Notes: generated from the sequence alone by a model not told the origin. A stretch of 64,000 bases of DNA from Eledone cirrhosa (GCA_964016885.1 OZ024753.1:28644001-28708000); one strand, 5' to 3'; shown: positions 41,452-55,769, numbered from the stretch's first letter. Numbers and translations are program-made.

Positions 41452-43389
41452 TGTTTGTATGTATATATGTTTATATGTAAATATGTGTGTGTATATATGT
41501 GTATATATACATGTATCTGTGTATATATATATGTGTGTTGTGTATATGCATATATTTGTTTATGTTTGAAGTTGAAAGATTTTCTTTTTTTGTGTGTGTA
41601 TGTGTGTGTATGTATATATATATATATATGTGTGTGTGTATGTGTTTGTGTATGCATATATTTGTTTGTTTGAAGCTGAAGTTTTTGTGTGTGGCTGTGT
41701 GTGTTTTTCATCTTTTAAGGTTAGTGTTTGTGAAATGATAATTATTCAAAACCTTGTTTTCCAGTTTCGTTATGGCTGTGTGGAAACTGATATTTCTAAT
41801 TTAATTGACGGAAATGAGTTGGAAAATGAAAGTGGATTTGAAAATGAAGTACTATTTTTTTCTATGATAAGAGGCTTGTTATTCATGTTGTTATTGTTTA
41901 ACTCCAAGGCAACTCTGATTAAATGACCCATAATCTAAGCCATTTCGACCACAACTAACCCATCTTTTTAAGGGTGCCTAAGACTGTAGGAAAGGCGGCA
42001 AATTGGTAGAGTCATTAGAACATCGGATAGAATGCTTTACTATTTGTTCTGTCTCTCTGCTCTCTGAGTTCAAATCCCACTGAGATCAACTTTGCCTTTC
42101 ATACTTTCGAGATCAATAAAAAAAATACCAGTCTAGTACTGGGGCAATTCTTCCTCTATATATCTTTCTCATTTCCTCTCTCTCACTTTCTATCTTTCTC
42201 TGGAAGAAATCTGCTGTACTCAGGCCTGGAGAGGGATGGGCTCTGCCAGGATTAAAATGCTCAAGAAATGCTGTATGTTAATACAGCGCCCCTATGACTC
42301 TATCAGGGGTTATGGGACCATACATACAAGACTGAAGGAACTAATGGGTCCTTTCCCTTTTATAATTTAAAGATGTGATTTGAGGGAGATTTGACTGCTA
42401 CTTCTAGCAGATTGAGCTGAGTAAAAGGCATGTTGGCTGAGTAGAGGAGATACAGATCTGTACAATATTTGTGTCTATATAAGGCTATTCAATTGCTAGA
42501 ATTAACAGAGCATCAAACAAAATGCTTTACTTCATTATTTTATTTTTTATTATGTATCACTTCATATTCTGATTTTGAATCCTGCTGAGTTCTGGTTTGT
42601 CTTTCATCCAACCACAATCAATAATAGTCAAGAATTTGGCTTGGTATAGTCAAATGCTAGAAATCAATATTTTATGTCTATATGAATTGTTCCTAGGTCA
42701 ATCTTGATCATACAAACCTATAACTCTTTTTGTCGTGACACCTACACGACCACTTTACAGTGTGTACTGGGTGCTTGTTGTCGTGACACCTACACGACCA
42801 CTTTACAGTGTGTACTGGGTGCTTCAGCTTCGGCCTGAGCCCATGGGAAGTTGGGTCTTCTGCATTACTGTGTAACATCAGAGATATTGGTCCTGTGTCA
42901 CTCACTCCCTATATAGATAATTAAACAAAGGAAGTTGTTGGAAATGTTAAATTGAAATAACCAATATATTTGATTACTCATGATCAACAAATAAGACATT
43001 TATATCACAGATATTTCAATGACAGAGTTTTATGCATCTCTTTAATAAAGTAGAGAAGTTTTGAATTTCAATCTCTCATTCAAGGTTGTCTGTCTACATT
43101 GTATCTTTTTCTTTATTTGACAAACTTTCATAAAATAACATTTCTCAGAGAGGTTACTTTGTAAATTTGGTGTCATTTGAGAATTACTTCCTCTTCTGCT
43201 GAAGAGTGAACTCTTGTTGTAATCTTCCTCAGACCAGCTGTTAACTTGTTAATATAGCAGTAATTCTTTTTCTTTCTTTCTTTCTTTTTCATTCTTATTT
43301 CTTTCTTCTTTCTACCTTCACCCCCCCCCCCCCTCTCATGTATTTTCTCTATTACATCTGTTGGAATTTTGATCTTAAGTGTGACAGAA

Positions 43390-43800
43390 TTTCAACATTT
43401 TTCAAACTTCACTGTCTTGCAGTTTCTCTTTTCAGATCTTGGTATTTCTTGATATATTCTTGTTCTTTCTCACCTATTCTGTTGTTACCTGCTGATGCTG
43501 TATCTATTATTCTGTTGTTACCTGCTGATGCTGTATCTATTATTCTGTTGTTACCTGCTGATGCTGTATCTATTATTCTGTTGTTACCTGCTGATGCTGT
43601 ATCTATTATTCTGTTGTTACCTGCTAATGCTGTATCTATTATTCTGCAATTTTAGATTTATGATAACAATGTCTGGTCTTCTAGTCTCAACCATTTGATC
43701 ATATCTCTGCTGAAATCCCACAACAATTTTATTTTCCTATTTTCTTCCCCTGCTTTAGGTTGTTGTATGTACCAGCTCTGTTCAAATTATATTTTCTAAG
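43390..43800 (-). pseudogene. Decayed R4/Dong-type RLE fragment containing a 33-bp minisatellite
   Basis: Minus-strand pieces KIKLLWDF, TRRPDIVII, (RIIDTASAGNN)x5, RIGEKEQEYIKKYQDLKRE. Confidence 0.7.
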
Positions 43801-45170
43801 AAGTTTCCAATGTACAATACATGCTATGCTCTTATGCTTCTTTTTATATTTTATGGAAGTTTATTATATTTGCTTACTTACTCTGTGGCCAATGCTTTCA
43901 CCTTTTTTTTTTTTACACAAATTTACATAAGGGTGGTGAATTGGCAGAGTCATTAGAATGTTGGATAGAATGCTTTATGGTATTTATTCCGGCTCTCTGC
44001 TCTCTGAGTTCAAATCCCGCCGAGGTCAACTTTGCCTTTCATCCTTTTGAGGTTGATAAAAAAAATGTACCAGTCTAGTACTGGGGTTGATTCTTCCTCT
44101 ATATCTCTTTCTCATTTTCTATCTTTCTCTGGAAGAAATCTGCTGTACTCAGGCCAGGAAGGGGATGAGCTCCACCAGGCTTAAAATGCTCAAGAAATGC
44201 TGTATGTCAACACAGTGCCCCTACATACTATATAAGGGTAGTTCTAAGTTCTTATCAATGTGGCATTTCACATAGTTGTTTTTCTTTTTTTTATGAGTAT
44301 TTTTTCATCTTTTTCTCAGATTAATGCCTCAGTTATGACCTTTAGATCTGCTTTTCCTATCCACATCAACACCCCTTACATATCTATACTGTTACTAATA
44401 CCTCTAGTAAAATGTCCATACATGACCTCTTCATTTCAACATGTCTCACTTCCCTCTATTCTTGTTCTTTTCATATTCATTCTTTTCCATGTATCTTGAA
44501 GTTTCTAGTAGTAGTAGTAGTAGTAGTATCAGCAGCGGCAGTAGCAGCAGCAGTAGTAGTAGCAGCAGTGTATTTGTTTCTTATTCCTTACTTGTTCTTT
44601 TTGCTTACCTCACTCTCCCACAATTTATACATCAATGCTAGCTTATGGTTTTGTTTTACTGTTATTATTGCAAAGCAAATCTCAACAGCATTTTGTAAGT
44701 GTTGTCAGTTTTGGTAGGAATAGAGTAAAAGATGAAATGAAGATGAAAAAATAAAAATACAAAAATAGAAGAAAAAGAAGAAGAAGAAGTAGAAAAATTA
44801 AGACAAAGAAGAAAAAGAGGAGCTAATGTAATGGATGGTTTTGAAGAAACCTTAACAGCACCACCTCCCTCCCATCATCCTTAGAGTAGACCTAATTTTC
44901 AATCACTGCCCTCTGCCTCCACCTTACTCACTATTGGAAGTATTTTGTAGCCATGACAACGACTTATGCTTCAATATTTGACAAGTCCACCTAAACTGAC
45001 ACCCTGCAATTCCATGTGATCTTCGAGATGAGTTAGTAATACTCTCTGGAGTGTTATTAACCCCCCTCCCCTCATAATTCAATAGTAGCAGAGATGCTAT
45101 GAGTCACATGATTATACATACTTCTTATCAGATGTCCTGTAACTAATATTACTTCTTTTCTATATATTCT

Positions 45171-45231
<61 letters not shown>

Positions 45232-45237
45232 TGTATA

Positions 45238-46079
45238 TCATCATCATCATTATCGTTTCAACGTCCATATTCCACGCTTGCATGGGTTTGGACGGGAGTT
45301 TTCCCACTTGAGGCAAGAGTGGTTGACTTGCTCGCATAGGACTGTCTGGCGGGTTTTCTACAGCTGGATGCCCTTCCTAACACCAACCACATTTACAGTG
45401 TGGGGCTGGGAGGTTTTTACCGTGTTACCTACACGGCCACATTACAGCGTGGACTGTGTGTTTTTTTGTCGTGACACCTACACGACCTCATTTGTTTCCG
45501 GCTGGATGTTGTGACACCAACATAACTTTACATTGAAAGGGGTAGTGTGGATGGGGTTGGGGTAGTGGGACGGGGGTGTATTTTGTTAGAGGTGCCTACT
45601 GACTGTAGTAGGTTTCACTTTGTACTTAGGTAAGGTGGGTCTTCTGTATTACTGTATAGCGCCAAAGCTCTCGGTCCAGTGACATTGTCTTGGAGAGGTG
45701 TAAGTGTGTGAGGTCGGAATTTATCAAGTCGTCCCAGGTTTTTCTGGGTCTGCCTACTCCGTGGCTACCGTCTATTTTTATCGCCCTGCACTTTTTTATA
45801 CAGCTGTCGTCTTTCATGTGCATCACGTGACCATACCAACGTAGTCTTCTCTCGAGTAAACAACATCTGATCCCTCTTATTTCTAATTTTTCCCTTAGTT
45901 CGTTTATGCTTTGCCGTTCACGTATATTACTATTACACATCCAGCGGAGCATGCAAGCTTCATTTCTCTCCAGTCTGCGTATATCCTCTGCTCACAATGC
46001 CCAGGTCTCACTGCCATGCAACATTGCTGTTCGTATGCAGGCATCATACAGCCTGCCTTTCATTTTTAGAGAGAACCCT
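45238..46079 (-). mobile_element. RTE LINE 3' fragment
   Basis: [43 protein letters not shown]. The 5' end abuts (TA)n. Confidence 0.88.
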
Positions 46080-46117
46080 TTATATATATATATATATATA
46101 TGTGTATATATATATAT

Positions 46118-46246
<129 letters not shown>

Positions 46247-46316
46247 TGTGTGTGTGTGTATATATATGTGTGTGTGTGTATATATATATATGTGTGTATA
46301 TATATATATGTGTATA

Positions 46317-46385
<69 letters not shown>

Positions 46386-46451
46386 ATATATATATATATA
46401 TGTGTATATATATGTGTATATATATGTGTATATATATATATGTGTATATAT

Positions 46452-46800
46452 GGAGGCACATCGCTTAGTGGTTAGAGCATTGGCCTTGCAATCGAAAGGT
46501 TGTGAGTTCAATTCTCAGACCGGGTGATGTGTTGTTTCCTTGAGCAAGACACTTTATTTCACATTGCTCCAGTTTACTCAGCTGTAGAAATGAGATGATA
46601 GGGACTGGGGTCCTTATCATTCCACTGCAAAGTGGTCGTGGAGGTGCCACGGAAAAAAAGCACCCAGCACTCACTGTAAATGAGGTTGGTGTTAGGAAGG
46701 GCATCCAGCTGTAGAAATCAAGCCAGAATCAGTTCCCGTCCCACCCTTGCAAGCAGGGAAAAAGCGGACGTAAAATGAAATGATGAATGAAATGATGATA
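46452..46800 (+). mobile_element. SINE family A, full length
   Basis: Homology to 3289-3613. Confidence 0.85.
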
Positions 46801-47125
46801 TGTATATATATATGTGTATATATATGTATATATATATATGTATATATATATATGTATATATATATGTATATATATATGTGTATATATGTATATATGTTTG
46901 AATATATATATATATATATATATATAATGTAGGAGGTGAGTTTTATTGTAGTACAATAAAGCAATGCAGATATCGGATAAGAAGCACTCTACAGTTTGGA
47001 GTATACAAAAAAAAAAAGAAAAAAAATTTTCCCCAATATCACACATCAATCTAAAACTACTTTTCATATGTTGATTTAAAACTGCACTATCCACAAGTGT
47101 TTTTAACCTTCATATCATGTCCTCC

Positions 47126-47196
47126 TATTTTATCTGATGAAAACACAAATGTTATTGCATGATGATATTTGTTTTTGAAATGCGCATAATAAAATA
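47126..47196 (+). ncRNA. Type I hammerhead ribozyme motif (AUA site after 47188)
   Basis: TATTTTAT-CTGATGA-[16-position stem II, one mismatch, GCAT loop]-GAAA TGCGC ATA^ATAAAATA. Perfect 8-bp stem I and palindromic stem III ATGCGCAT. Confidence 0.85.
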
Positions 47197-47241
47197 CATG
47201 GAACTCATTTAACCATCTTTTGATCTTATATATATATATAT

Positions 47242-47851
47242 ATGTACGGCAGCACAGATTCCATTACAGCAATGAAGAGGCGGATTTTCAGGTCTTTACA
47301 AAGGTCCGACTTCCACACCGATCTCAAGCTGTGGCACACCGCCCAGGCCTTGCTCTTCCTCTCAACTACATCATATTCTGTATTCCCAATCTTTGCTCCC
47401 AAATACAGGAAGTCCTCAACCAATTCTAGCAGCTTCCTGCCTACATTAGTGATCCCCTGAGACTTGGACACTGACCAAGAAACTCACTCAGATGGTGGAT
47501 GGGTGCCACACGAGAATGCTGAGGATGGCTCTGAACATTAATCAGTATACACTGAGGATGAAAAACTCAGAGCTGTATGGGAGCCTCCCAAAAGTCAGCT
47601 CCAAAGTGACACAGAAGAGACTGAGGTTAGCTGGACATGCTCACCGACATCCAGAGTTGACATTGCACTCAGTACTCCTGTGGGAGCCTCTACATGGACA
47701 CACTAGAAGAGGAAGACCAAGGTTAACGTATGTTGATGCCCTAAGGACAGACACTGGTCTGTTGGAGATGCAGGTCATGGCAGCGATAATGAGAGACAGA
47801 GACCGCTGGAGAGAACTCGTCCATGGATCTCGGGAATTTTACCCACCCTAG
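47242..47851. mobile_element. RTE-like LINE 3' fragment with 5' inversion
   Basis: Minus part VEDFLYLG..KAW..IRLFIAVMESVLPY (47242-47457). Plus part ETWTLTKK..RMLRMALN..RLRLAGHAHRH..RRGRPRLTYVD (47459-47851). Confidence 0.85.
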
Positions 47852-47985
47852 AATATATATATATGTATATATATATGTAGCTCTGGTTCATCTGAATCAT
47901 TGAGCACTTGCCGCACATCTCGGAGGTTGTTTTTCGTTATTTCGTGGGCCGAAATGCGAATCTCGATAATTTATGTTTGTTTATA

Positions 47986-48019
<34 letters not shown>

Positions 48020-48033
48020 TATATATATATATG

Positions 48034-48064
<31 letters not shown>

Positions 48065-48130
48065 GTGTGTGTATATATATATATATATGTGTGTATATAT
48101 ATATATGTATATATATATGTATATATATAT

Positions 48131-49324
48131 AAACTTAAACTTAAACTTAAAGAACAATTAGAAGACCCCTTAACCCTGATAATGTACTCCCGCTACGTTT
48201 ATGATATAAACATCGTAGTTAAGACACCCCCACTAGAGAACAGTCAGGAACTAGAGAAAAACACAATGGAAAGCATCCAGCAAATAGATAACTCCATCCA
48301 CCAGAGCATTAGAGTTACTATAGCCTACCCAAGTAGACACCCCAACCATCGATTACCTGTACTAGACACAGAGCTCTGGTTAGATACCATTAATAATAAA
48401 AAACAAATCCTCCATTCCCATTATGCCAAACCCATGACTTCCAAACATCTGATCCACCGAAACTCGGCCGTTTCGGACCATACCAAAATCAACATACTGA
48501 TTGCGGATTTGGTACGGGTTATGAGAAACGTGTCCCGCATGTGCAACCCCGAAGAACTAGAGAGACACATACAACACTTCACCCACTGTATGCAGTTCTC
48601 TGGCTACAATCAGAGAGATAAAATCAGAGTGTATAGAGGAGCCAGAACCAAATGGGAAAAAATGGTAAATAATGACATAAATGGGACCTGCCCCTTGTAT
48701 AGGAGCAAATTTTGGAATAGAATAGAAAGAACTAGGAACAAGGCTAATAGAATAAACTCATGGTATGATAGCAATAAATACCAGAGTGTAATGTTCATTG
48801 ATACAACCCCTAGAGGTGAATTAGCTTACAAATTTAGAAGGGCCCTAAATAAACATAAATTCAATATTAAGATAGTAGAAAGACCAGGTACCTCCGTAAA
48901 AACACTCATTAGCAAGACATACCCTTTTCAAAGACCCTCATGTATAGATAAGAAATGTATTACCTGTAAAATAAGCCCCCATATTAACTGTAAAACTAGA
49001 AATGTAGTGTATAGCATAAGATGTACCGAAGGACAATGTAGAGACAAAAATATAGTGTACATAGGTGAGACAGCTCGTAGTGTAGGGGAACGGATAAATG
49101 AACACTGGCGAGACCTTCAAGATAGTAAAGAATCATCTGTACTCTACCAACATGCTAAAATAGAACAGAAGGGTAAATTAGAGAACATAGAAATAAAAAT
49201 AGAATCTACACACAGAAAAGACGCAATGTTTAGACAAATTACAGAGGCAGTAAACATAAAAGAATTACAACCAAAATTAAATAGAAAATATGAGTGGAAC
49301 AGCAACATCACAACTTACAATTAA
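48131..49324 (+). mobile_element. Penelope-like element ORF, 5'-truncated (RT C-terminus + GIY-YIG endonuclease)
   Basis: YSRYVYDI (RYVDD with D>Y), LPVLD, Cys-rich linker, [34 protein letters not shown]. Begins at a (TA)n tract. Confidence 0.9.
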
Positions 49325-49779
49325 GGACAAAATGAAAACACACACACACATAGAACAAACAACCAGCCAGTAACATGTAAATAAACAAATAAATAAATGA
49401 ACATAAACACACACAGACACCCGGATGTGGCGCATGCGCAGACTGAGCACACAACACACACACAGAAACAAAATGGCGTAGGACAGAACAAAGGAGAGGC
49501 ACAGAAACAAAGAAAGGAATCCCCAGTCACTGAAGAGGTCACAGAGTGTGTGACGAAAGAACTATGACAATATATAAACAACTATCTGGTTGTGGAACCA
49601 ACCAACCAACCAGAAATTTATAAATTTATAAATTTATTATAAATTTATTATAATAAATTGAAGTGAAAGCAACTGGTGCGTGTGTTTCTTATTGGCAACA
49701 TGACCCTCCCAAAGTATAACAATATCGGTTTCAACACACGATTTCAGATAAAGAATCTTGCTAAACAAATTCAGAAACG

Positions 49780-49782
<3 letters not shown>
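49325..49782 (+). mobile_element. Penelope 3' pseudo-LTR with minimal hammerhead (49526-49568)
   Basis: GTCA-CTGAAGA-g-GTCACA gagtg TGTGAC-GAAAG AA CTA^TGAC, then [19 protein letters not shown].., then (TA)n. Confidence 0.8.
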
Positions 49783-49864
<82 letters not shown>

Positions 49865-49873
49865 CATATATAC

Positions 49874-49919
<46 letters not shown>

Positions 49920-49925
49920 ATATAC

Positions 49926-50023
<98 letters not shown>

Positions 50024-50029
50024 ATATAC

Positions 50030-50267
<238 letters not shown>

Positions 50268-50368
50268 GGGAAAAAGAGTCCGGACCCCAATGGCTAAGCT
50301 CCGGCCATTTCGACAGCTAGATCCAAACTGTGTATATATATATACACGTCATACATCATACATACCCC

Positions 50369-50374
<6 letters not shown>

Positions 50375-50411
<37 letters not shown>

Positions 50412-50611
50412 ATGTGTCTATATATATGTATATCATCATCATCATTTAATGTCAATTTGAATGATGACAGTGATGATATGCATATGTAAATGTATGTATA
50501 TATATATACATACATATATATATATACATACATTTACATATGCATATCATCACTGTCATCATTCAAATTGACATTAAATGATGATGATGATATACATATA
50601 TATAGACACAT

Positions 50612-50648
<37 letters not shown>
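50375..50648. repeat. Near-perfect palindrome centred on TA-rich sequence
   Basis: Arms about 50375-50508 / 50515-50648, including non-microsatellite ATTTAATGTCAATTTGAATGATGACAGTGATGATATGC. Confidence 0.9.
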
Positions 50649-50698
<50 letters not shown>

Positions 50699-50939
50699 GA
50701 TACATATATATATATACATACATATATATATATATATACATTTATATATAGATACATATATATATATATAGATACATATATATATACATACATATATAGA
50801 TACATATATATATATATACATACATATATAGATACATGCACACATAGGAATGAAAAACTTTAGTATTTTTATTTCCCTTATCATTTACTTTTATTTTTTT
50901 CAGCATTTTGTTGTTCTTTTACCAGTACTTGGATTACTA

Positions 50940-51330
50940 GACATCAAGGTGTCACTTGAAACCTAAGGTATCTAACACCTTTTATATGGTTCTTTCTGTG
51001 TGAAACAAACAAGACTTCTGTAGAGTCAGGAAATTCACCTCTATTATTGTTGCTGTAGTTTTCTTCCCTTTATTCAGCATTTCATTGTTTCTCTGGCATC
51101 ATTTGGTTTGCTATATATCAAGCTATCTCCTGCAACCTAAGGTATTTAACACCTTTTATATGATTCTCGCTGTGTCAAACAAACAAGTCTTCTGTAGAGT
51201 CAGGAAATTTACCTCTATATCTAACATATTCAACCAACCATTAAAACTTCTAGCCCCTAATACAAATTGGGATGATAACCACTTTATGGCAATTCCAGAT
51301 TATCAGTGTTTCGTATTTCAGGACTTCTTA
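50940..51330 (-). pseudogene. Decayed, locally duplicated R4/Dong-type 3' end
   Basis: Direct repeat of about 84 bp (50960-51043 / 51134-51218). Minus strand reads LQKSCLF.T.R.I.KVLDT, resembling the LQKACLLGTARTLR end of the 58326 element. Confidence 0.5.
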
Positions 51331-52393
51331 CTTATCTATTTACTCACATTCTTTGTCTAATACCAAATGAGCAGGCATTCACCTCTTGAGATATACAGCC
51401 TATGTACATCAGCTTTACAGTGGTGTTGTTGGACAACAGGTTTTGTGGCATATAGTTATGTCTCTTTACAGTTCAAATCCTGCCGAGGTTAGCTTTGCTT
51501 TTCATCCTTATGGGTTTGATAAAATAAAGTACCAGTCATGCACTGGAGTTGATTTAATCGACTTTCCCTCCCTCCCCCAAAAATGCTGGCCTTGTGCCTA
51601 TATAAGAAACCATTATTATTAGTCATCCTGTCTAATTCATGCAAGCATAGAAAATAGACATTAAATGATGATGATGATGATGATTTCTTTATTAACCACA
51701 AGGGTTGACATAAAGTATAACATTAAGGACAGCACAGGACGGTACAGGACAGTACAAATAGGCATTTCTGTGTGTAAAGAAAAAACAAAGGAAATGACAA
51801 AAAAAGAAACAAAGGAAAATTCCCCAATAGGGGGGAGACTTCCAAGGGACACTCATGGAGAAAGCCCATTAAAAAGCCAATGTGACCCTGACCACCAGGG
51901 CAAGTGCCTTCTCCCAGTTCTCCCAGTTTTCCACCTGATTTCTGATTTAGGCACAAGGCCAACAATTTTGGGGGAACCTTAGGGTTCTGCAAAGGAGTGA
52001 CTTGGGTTCCATGAAAAAAAAGTAGAGGAGTATATTTATATTACAAACATATAACAATATTAGACTTTGGGGTTCTCCCAAAAGTTTCTGAACCAAAAAA
52101 GGGTTCCATGTTTGAAAAAGTTTGGGAAACCCTGGTCAATGTAAACCTGCCGGACCCTAACAGTGAAAGAAGATGAGAAAACAATGCTGAGAATGATGAT
52201 GGTGATGATGATGATGATATATATATATATATGTCGTTGTAAATTCTTCACTAAAGTCAGTCTGCACCCATTTTTTTCTGTTTTATTTCTTTCACACAGA
52301 CATTGATTATAGCTCCAACTAAAATGACTCAATTAGATGGATTAAGATGTACTTTGTGAGATTCTTTTGTCTCGAGTTACCATGTATGTAATG

Positions 52394-52475
<82 letters not shown>

Positions 52476-52777
52476 TAGGTTAATGTTTGATATAGCAGGA
52501 AGAGGGTATTTATATATATATATATTAATTGTTTCTACATTAGGCACAAGGCCAGCAAATTACCCAGTGCATTACTGGTACTTTATTTTATCGACCCCGT
52601 AAGGATGAAAGGCAAAGTTAACCTTGGCGGGATTTGAACTCAGAATGGCAAGGGCCGTAACTCTATACGTCAAAGCATGGCGTCCGACCCTCTACCGATA
52701 CTTGCATATATGAATATATCTATACATGTATGTGTGCATGTGTGTAATAAATACACATACAGTCACACACATACATC

Positions 52778-52816
<39 letters not shown>

Positions 52817-53186
52817 ATACATATATATGTGTGTGAATACATACACATATATATATATGTATGTATATGTATCATCATCATCATCATCATCATCGTTCAA
52901 CGTCCATGTTCCACGCTTGCATGGGTTTGGACGGGAGTTTTCCCACTTGAGGCAAGAGTGGTTGTCATTGCTCGCATAGGACTGTCTGGCGGGTTTTATA
53001 CAGCTGGATGCCCTTCCTAACACCAACCACATTTACAGTGTGGGACTGGGAGGTTTTTACCGTGTTGCCTACACGGCCACATTACAGCGTGGACTGTGTG
53101 TTTTTTTTGTCGTGACACCTACACAATCTCATTTGTTTCGGCCTGATATATATATATATGTATATATATATATGTATGTATATATG

Positions 53187-53245
<59 letters not shown>

Positions 53246-53615
53246 ATGTATGTATGTTTGTGTGTGACTGTGTGTGTGTGTGTGTATGTGTATTAAAAAT
53301 TGATATAATCTGTGAGCTCTATTGTCTGACCAACAAGGACACAGTTGTTGAAGTGTAGGCTTCTACAGATAACACACCCTCACTTTATACACACTCACAA
53401 ACATACATACACACACACAGAAGTGGACACAGACATACACACACACACACACTCACACTCAAAAGGGGATACATGGATACACATACACACAGAAGCGGAC
53501 ACATATACACATACAAACACACACAGCCACGCAACACATACACATACACACAGAATTGAATGCACATACACACACAACACATAAAAGTGGACACACATAC
53601 AACACACAACCACAC

Positions 53616-53664
<49 letters not shown>

Positions 53665-55769
53665 CATCAGTTGGAATGTTGTTATCTTGGTCCAACATTT
53701 GTATTCTCTTCATTCCAGTTATTTCAGGTTAGAATTCCTTCTTTATCTTTGACATCTCTTATTTCAATGGAGCCAATGAGAGAGTCTCTACATGCTTACA
53801 TTATCTGCTAGAAATAACAGCTAAATCTTGCTTGAAAAAGTAAGGACACATGTAATGTAGTCCTGGATACCCCATATTAGCCAGAATTATCATAGCTGGA
53901 ATGTGTTTGATTGTAGGTCAGCTCAGTCAGAAGGGACCTAGGGCTAAATAACAAAAATAACATTATTTTAGTAAACAAATTTTATTATTATTTGGCAGAA
54001 TCAGTAGAGCATCGAACAACGTGCTTAGCAGTATTTAGTTACGGCCCTTTACGTTCTGAGTTCAAATCCACCGAGGTTAGCTTTTCTCTTCATCATTACG
54101 AGGTTGATAAAATGTAGCACCAGTAATGCACTGGGATCACTTTGATTGACTTTCCCCTCTCCCTAGATTGCTGGCCTTGTATCTAGAATAGAAATCATTA
54201 TCATTAGGCAATGGAGGGCAGTAGATTGGCAGTATCAGTAGAGCGTTGGACATCATACATCACGGCATCGAGTTACAGCCCTTTATGTTCTGAGTTCAAA
54301 TCCCATTGAGGTTAGCTTTGCCTTTCATCCCTACAGGTTTGATAAAATAAAGTACCAGTAATGTACTGACATTGAATTAATTGACTTAGCCCTCCCCCAA
54401 AATTGTTGACCAGCACTAGAGCAATCTACTAATAGTTCATGAAGTACATACAACACATTGCAATATATATATAACTCCCAATTGTGCTCCACAATTCCTA
54501 AAGCTAGCCCTGGGCTTCTGCACAGATTCTGTCACAGAACCAAATTTCACTCCCAAGACATTGGTCGACCTGACCCCAGTGAACAAAACCCCAAACCATA
54601 TTGAGCACAGAATGAAATCCTAAACAACGAAGCCATATCTACTTGTTTGATTATAAAAGCTCTTAACCCTTTAGCATTTAAACCGGCCATATCTGTATGT
54701 GTGCCACTGTCTGTTGTGAAGTTATTATATATAAGGATAACTAAAAAAAACCCTCTACTCTGTATCAGTTCTTATTTGGAGTTACTGTCCCCCTAGAAGG
54801 GTTGTTTCTGATGTCATTTCCAGCCTGTCTCCCTTCAATATTCTGGCATTAACTAAATTGTTTTCAGTAAGAGTAAAGTGTCCTCGCTACACTGTATGAT
54901 ATTAACCCTTTAGCATTTAAACCAGCCATATCTGGTCAGAATTCTCTCACCTCTTTCTGTTCAAAATGGCTGTAACTGGCCACTCATACTGATGTTAAGG
55001 TATTATTCTCAAAATCAATAATATCAAAATCTCATAGATCCAATATTACGTGAGATAATGACTTTACCACAAAAATACAATAGTATATATAGAGTAATGT
55101 AAATTATAAAAGCTCTTAAAGTTCATGGCAAAATAATGGACCTTAGATTTCTTTAGATTCAAAGCAGAATAAATGGTTCAGTTGGTAGAGTGATTGTGCT
55201 GTCTACATGTTTTACAATATCCAAAGTTCAATCCCTCACACTTCTTATCTTTCCTTTTCTTTTCCTTTTAATTTCATTATTTTTTGGCATTTACTTTTTA
55301 TCTTTCTTTTTTTTTTCCTTTTCCTTCCTGTTTTGCTTCTCTATTCCTTCTTCCGATTTTTTTTCCTTTTTCTCTTTTTCCCTCCCTTATCCGCCTCTTC
55401 CTTTTTTCTTATTTTTTCCCCTCTTTTGTATTTTTCCCCTCTCTTCAACACACCCTCTCTCTTTCTCTTTTTATCTTCCTTTTCTTTTGCTTCATTTTTT
55501 TCCTTTGTTCTCTTTTCTCTCTTTCCTTCTCTTGTTTATCTTCCCATGCTTTCTCTCCTACCCACTCCCTCACTCCAGCTTTTATTTCCTTCATTACCTC
55601 CCCTTTCCATCCTCTCCTCTCTTTTCTACAAAACAGAATCAATTCATGTCTATTTAAATCCAAGGATTTCAGATTTTTTTTTTTTTTCAATTTAGAATCT
55701 TATCAGTTTAATGGTTTCTTTCTGATGAGTGTAGGTTTGTGTATATGTCATGTGACTCCATGTGTAATT

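Noticed and set aside
49322-49420. SECIS element (Naiad-type selenoprotein)
   Set aside because: No in-frame UGA in the ORF and no kink-turn hairpin evident.
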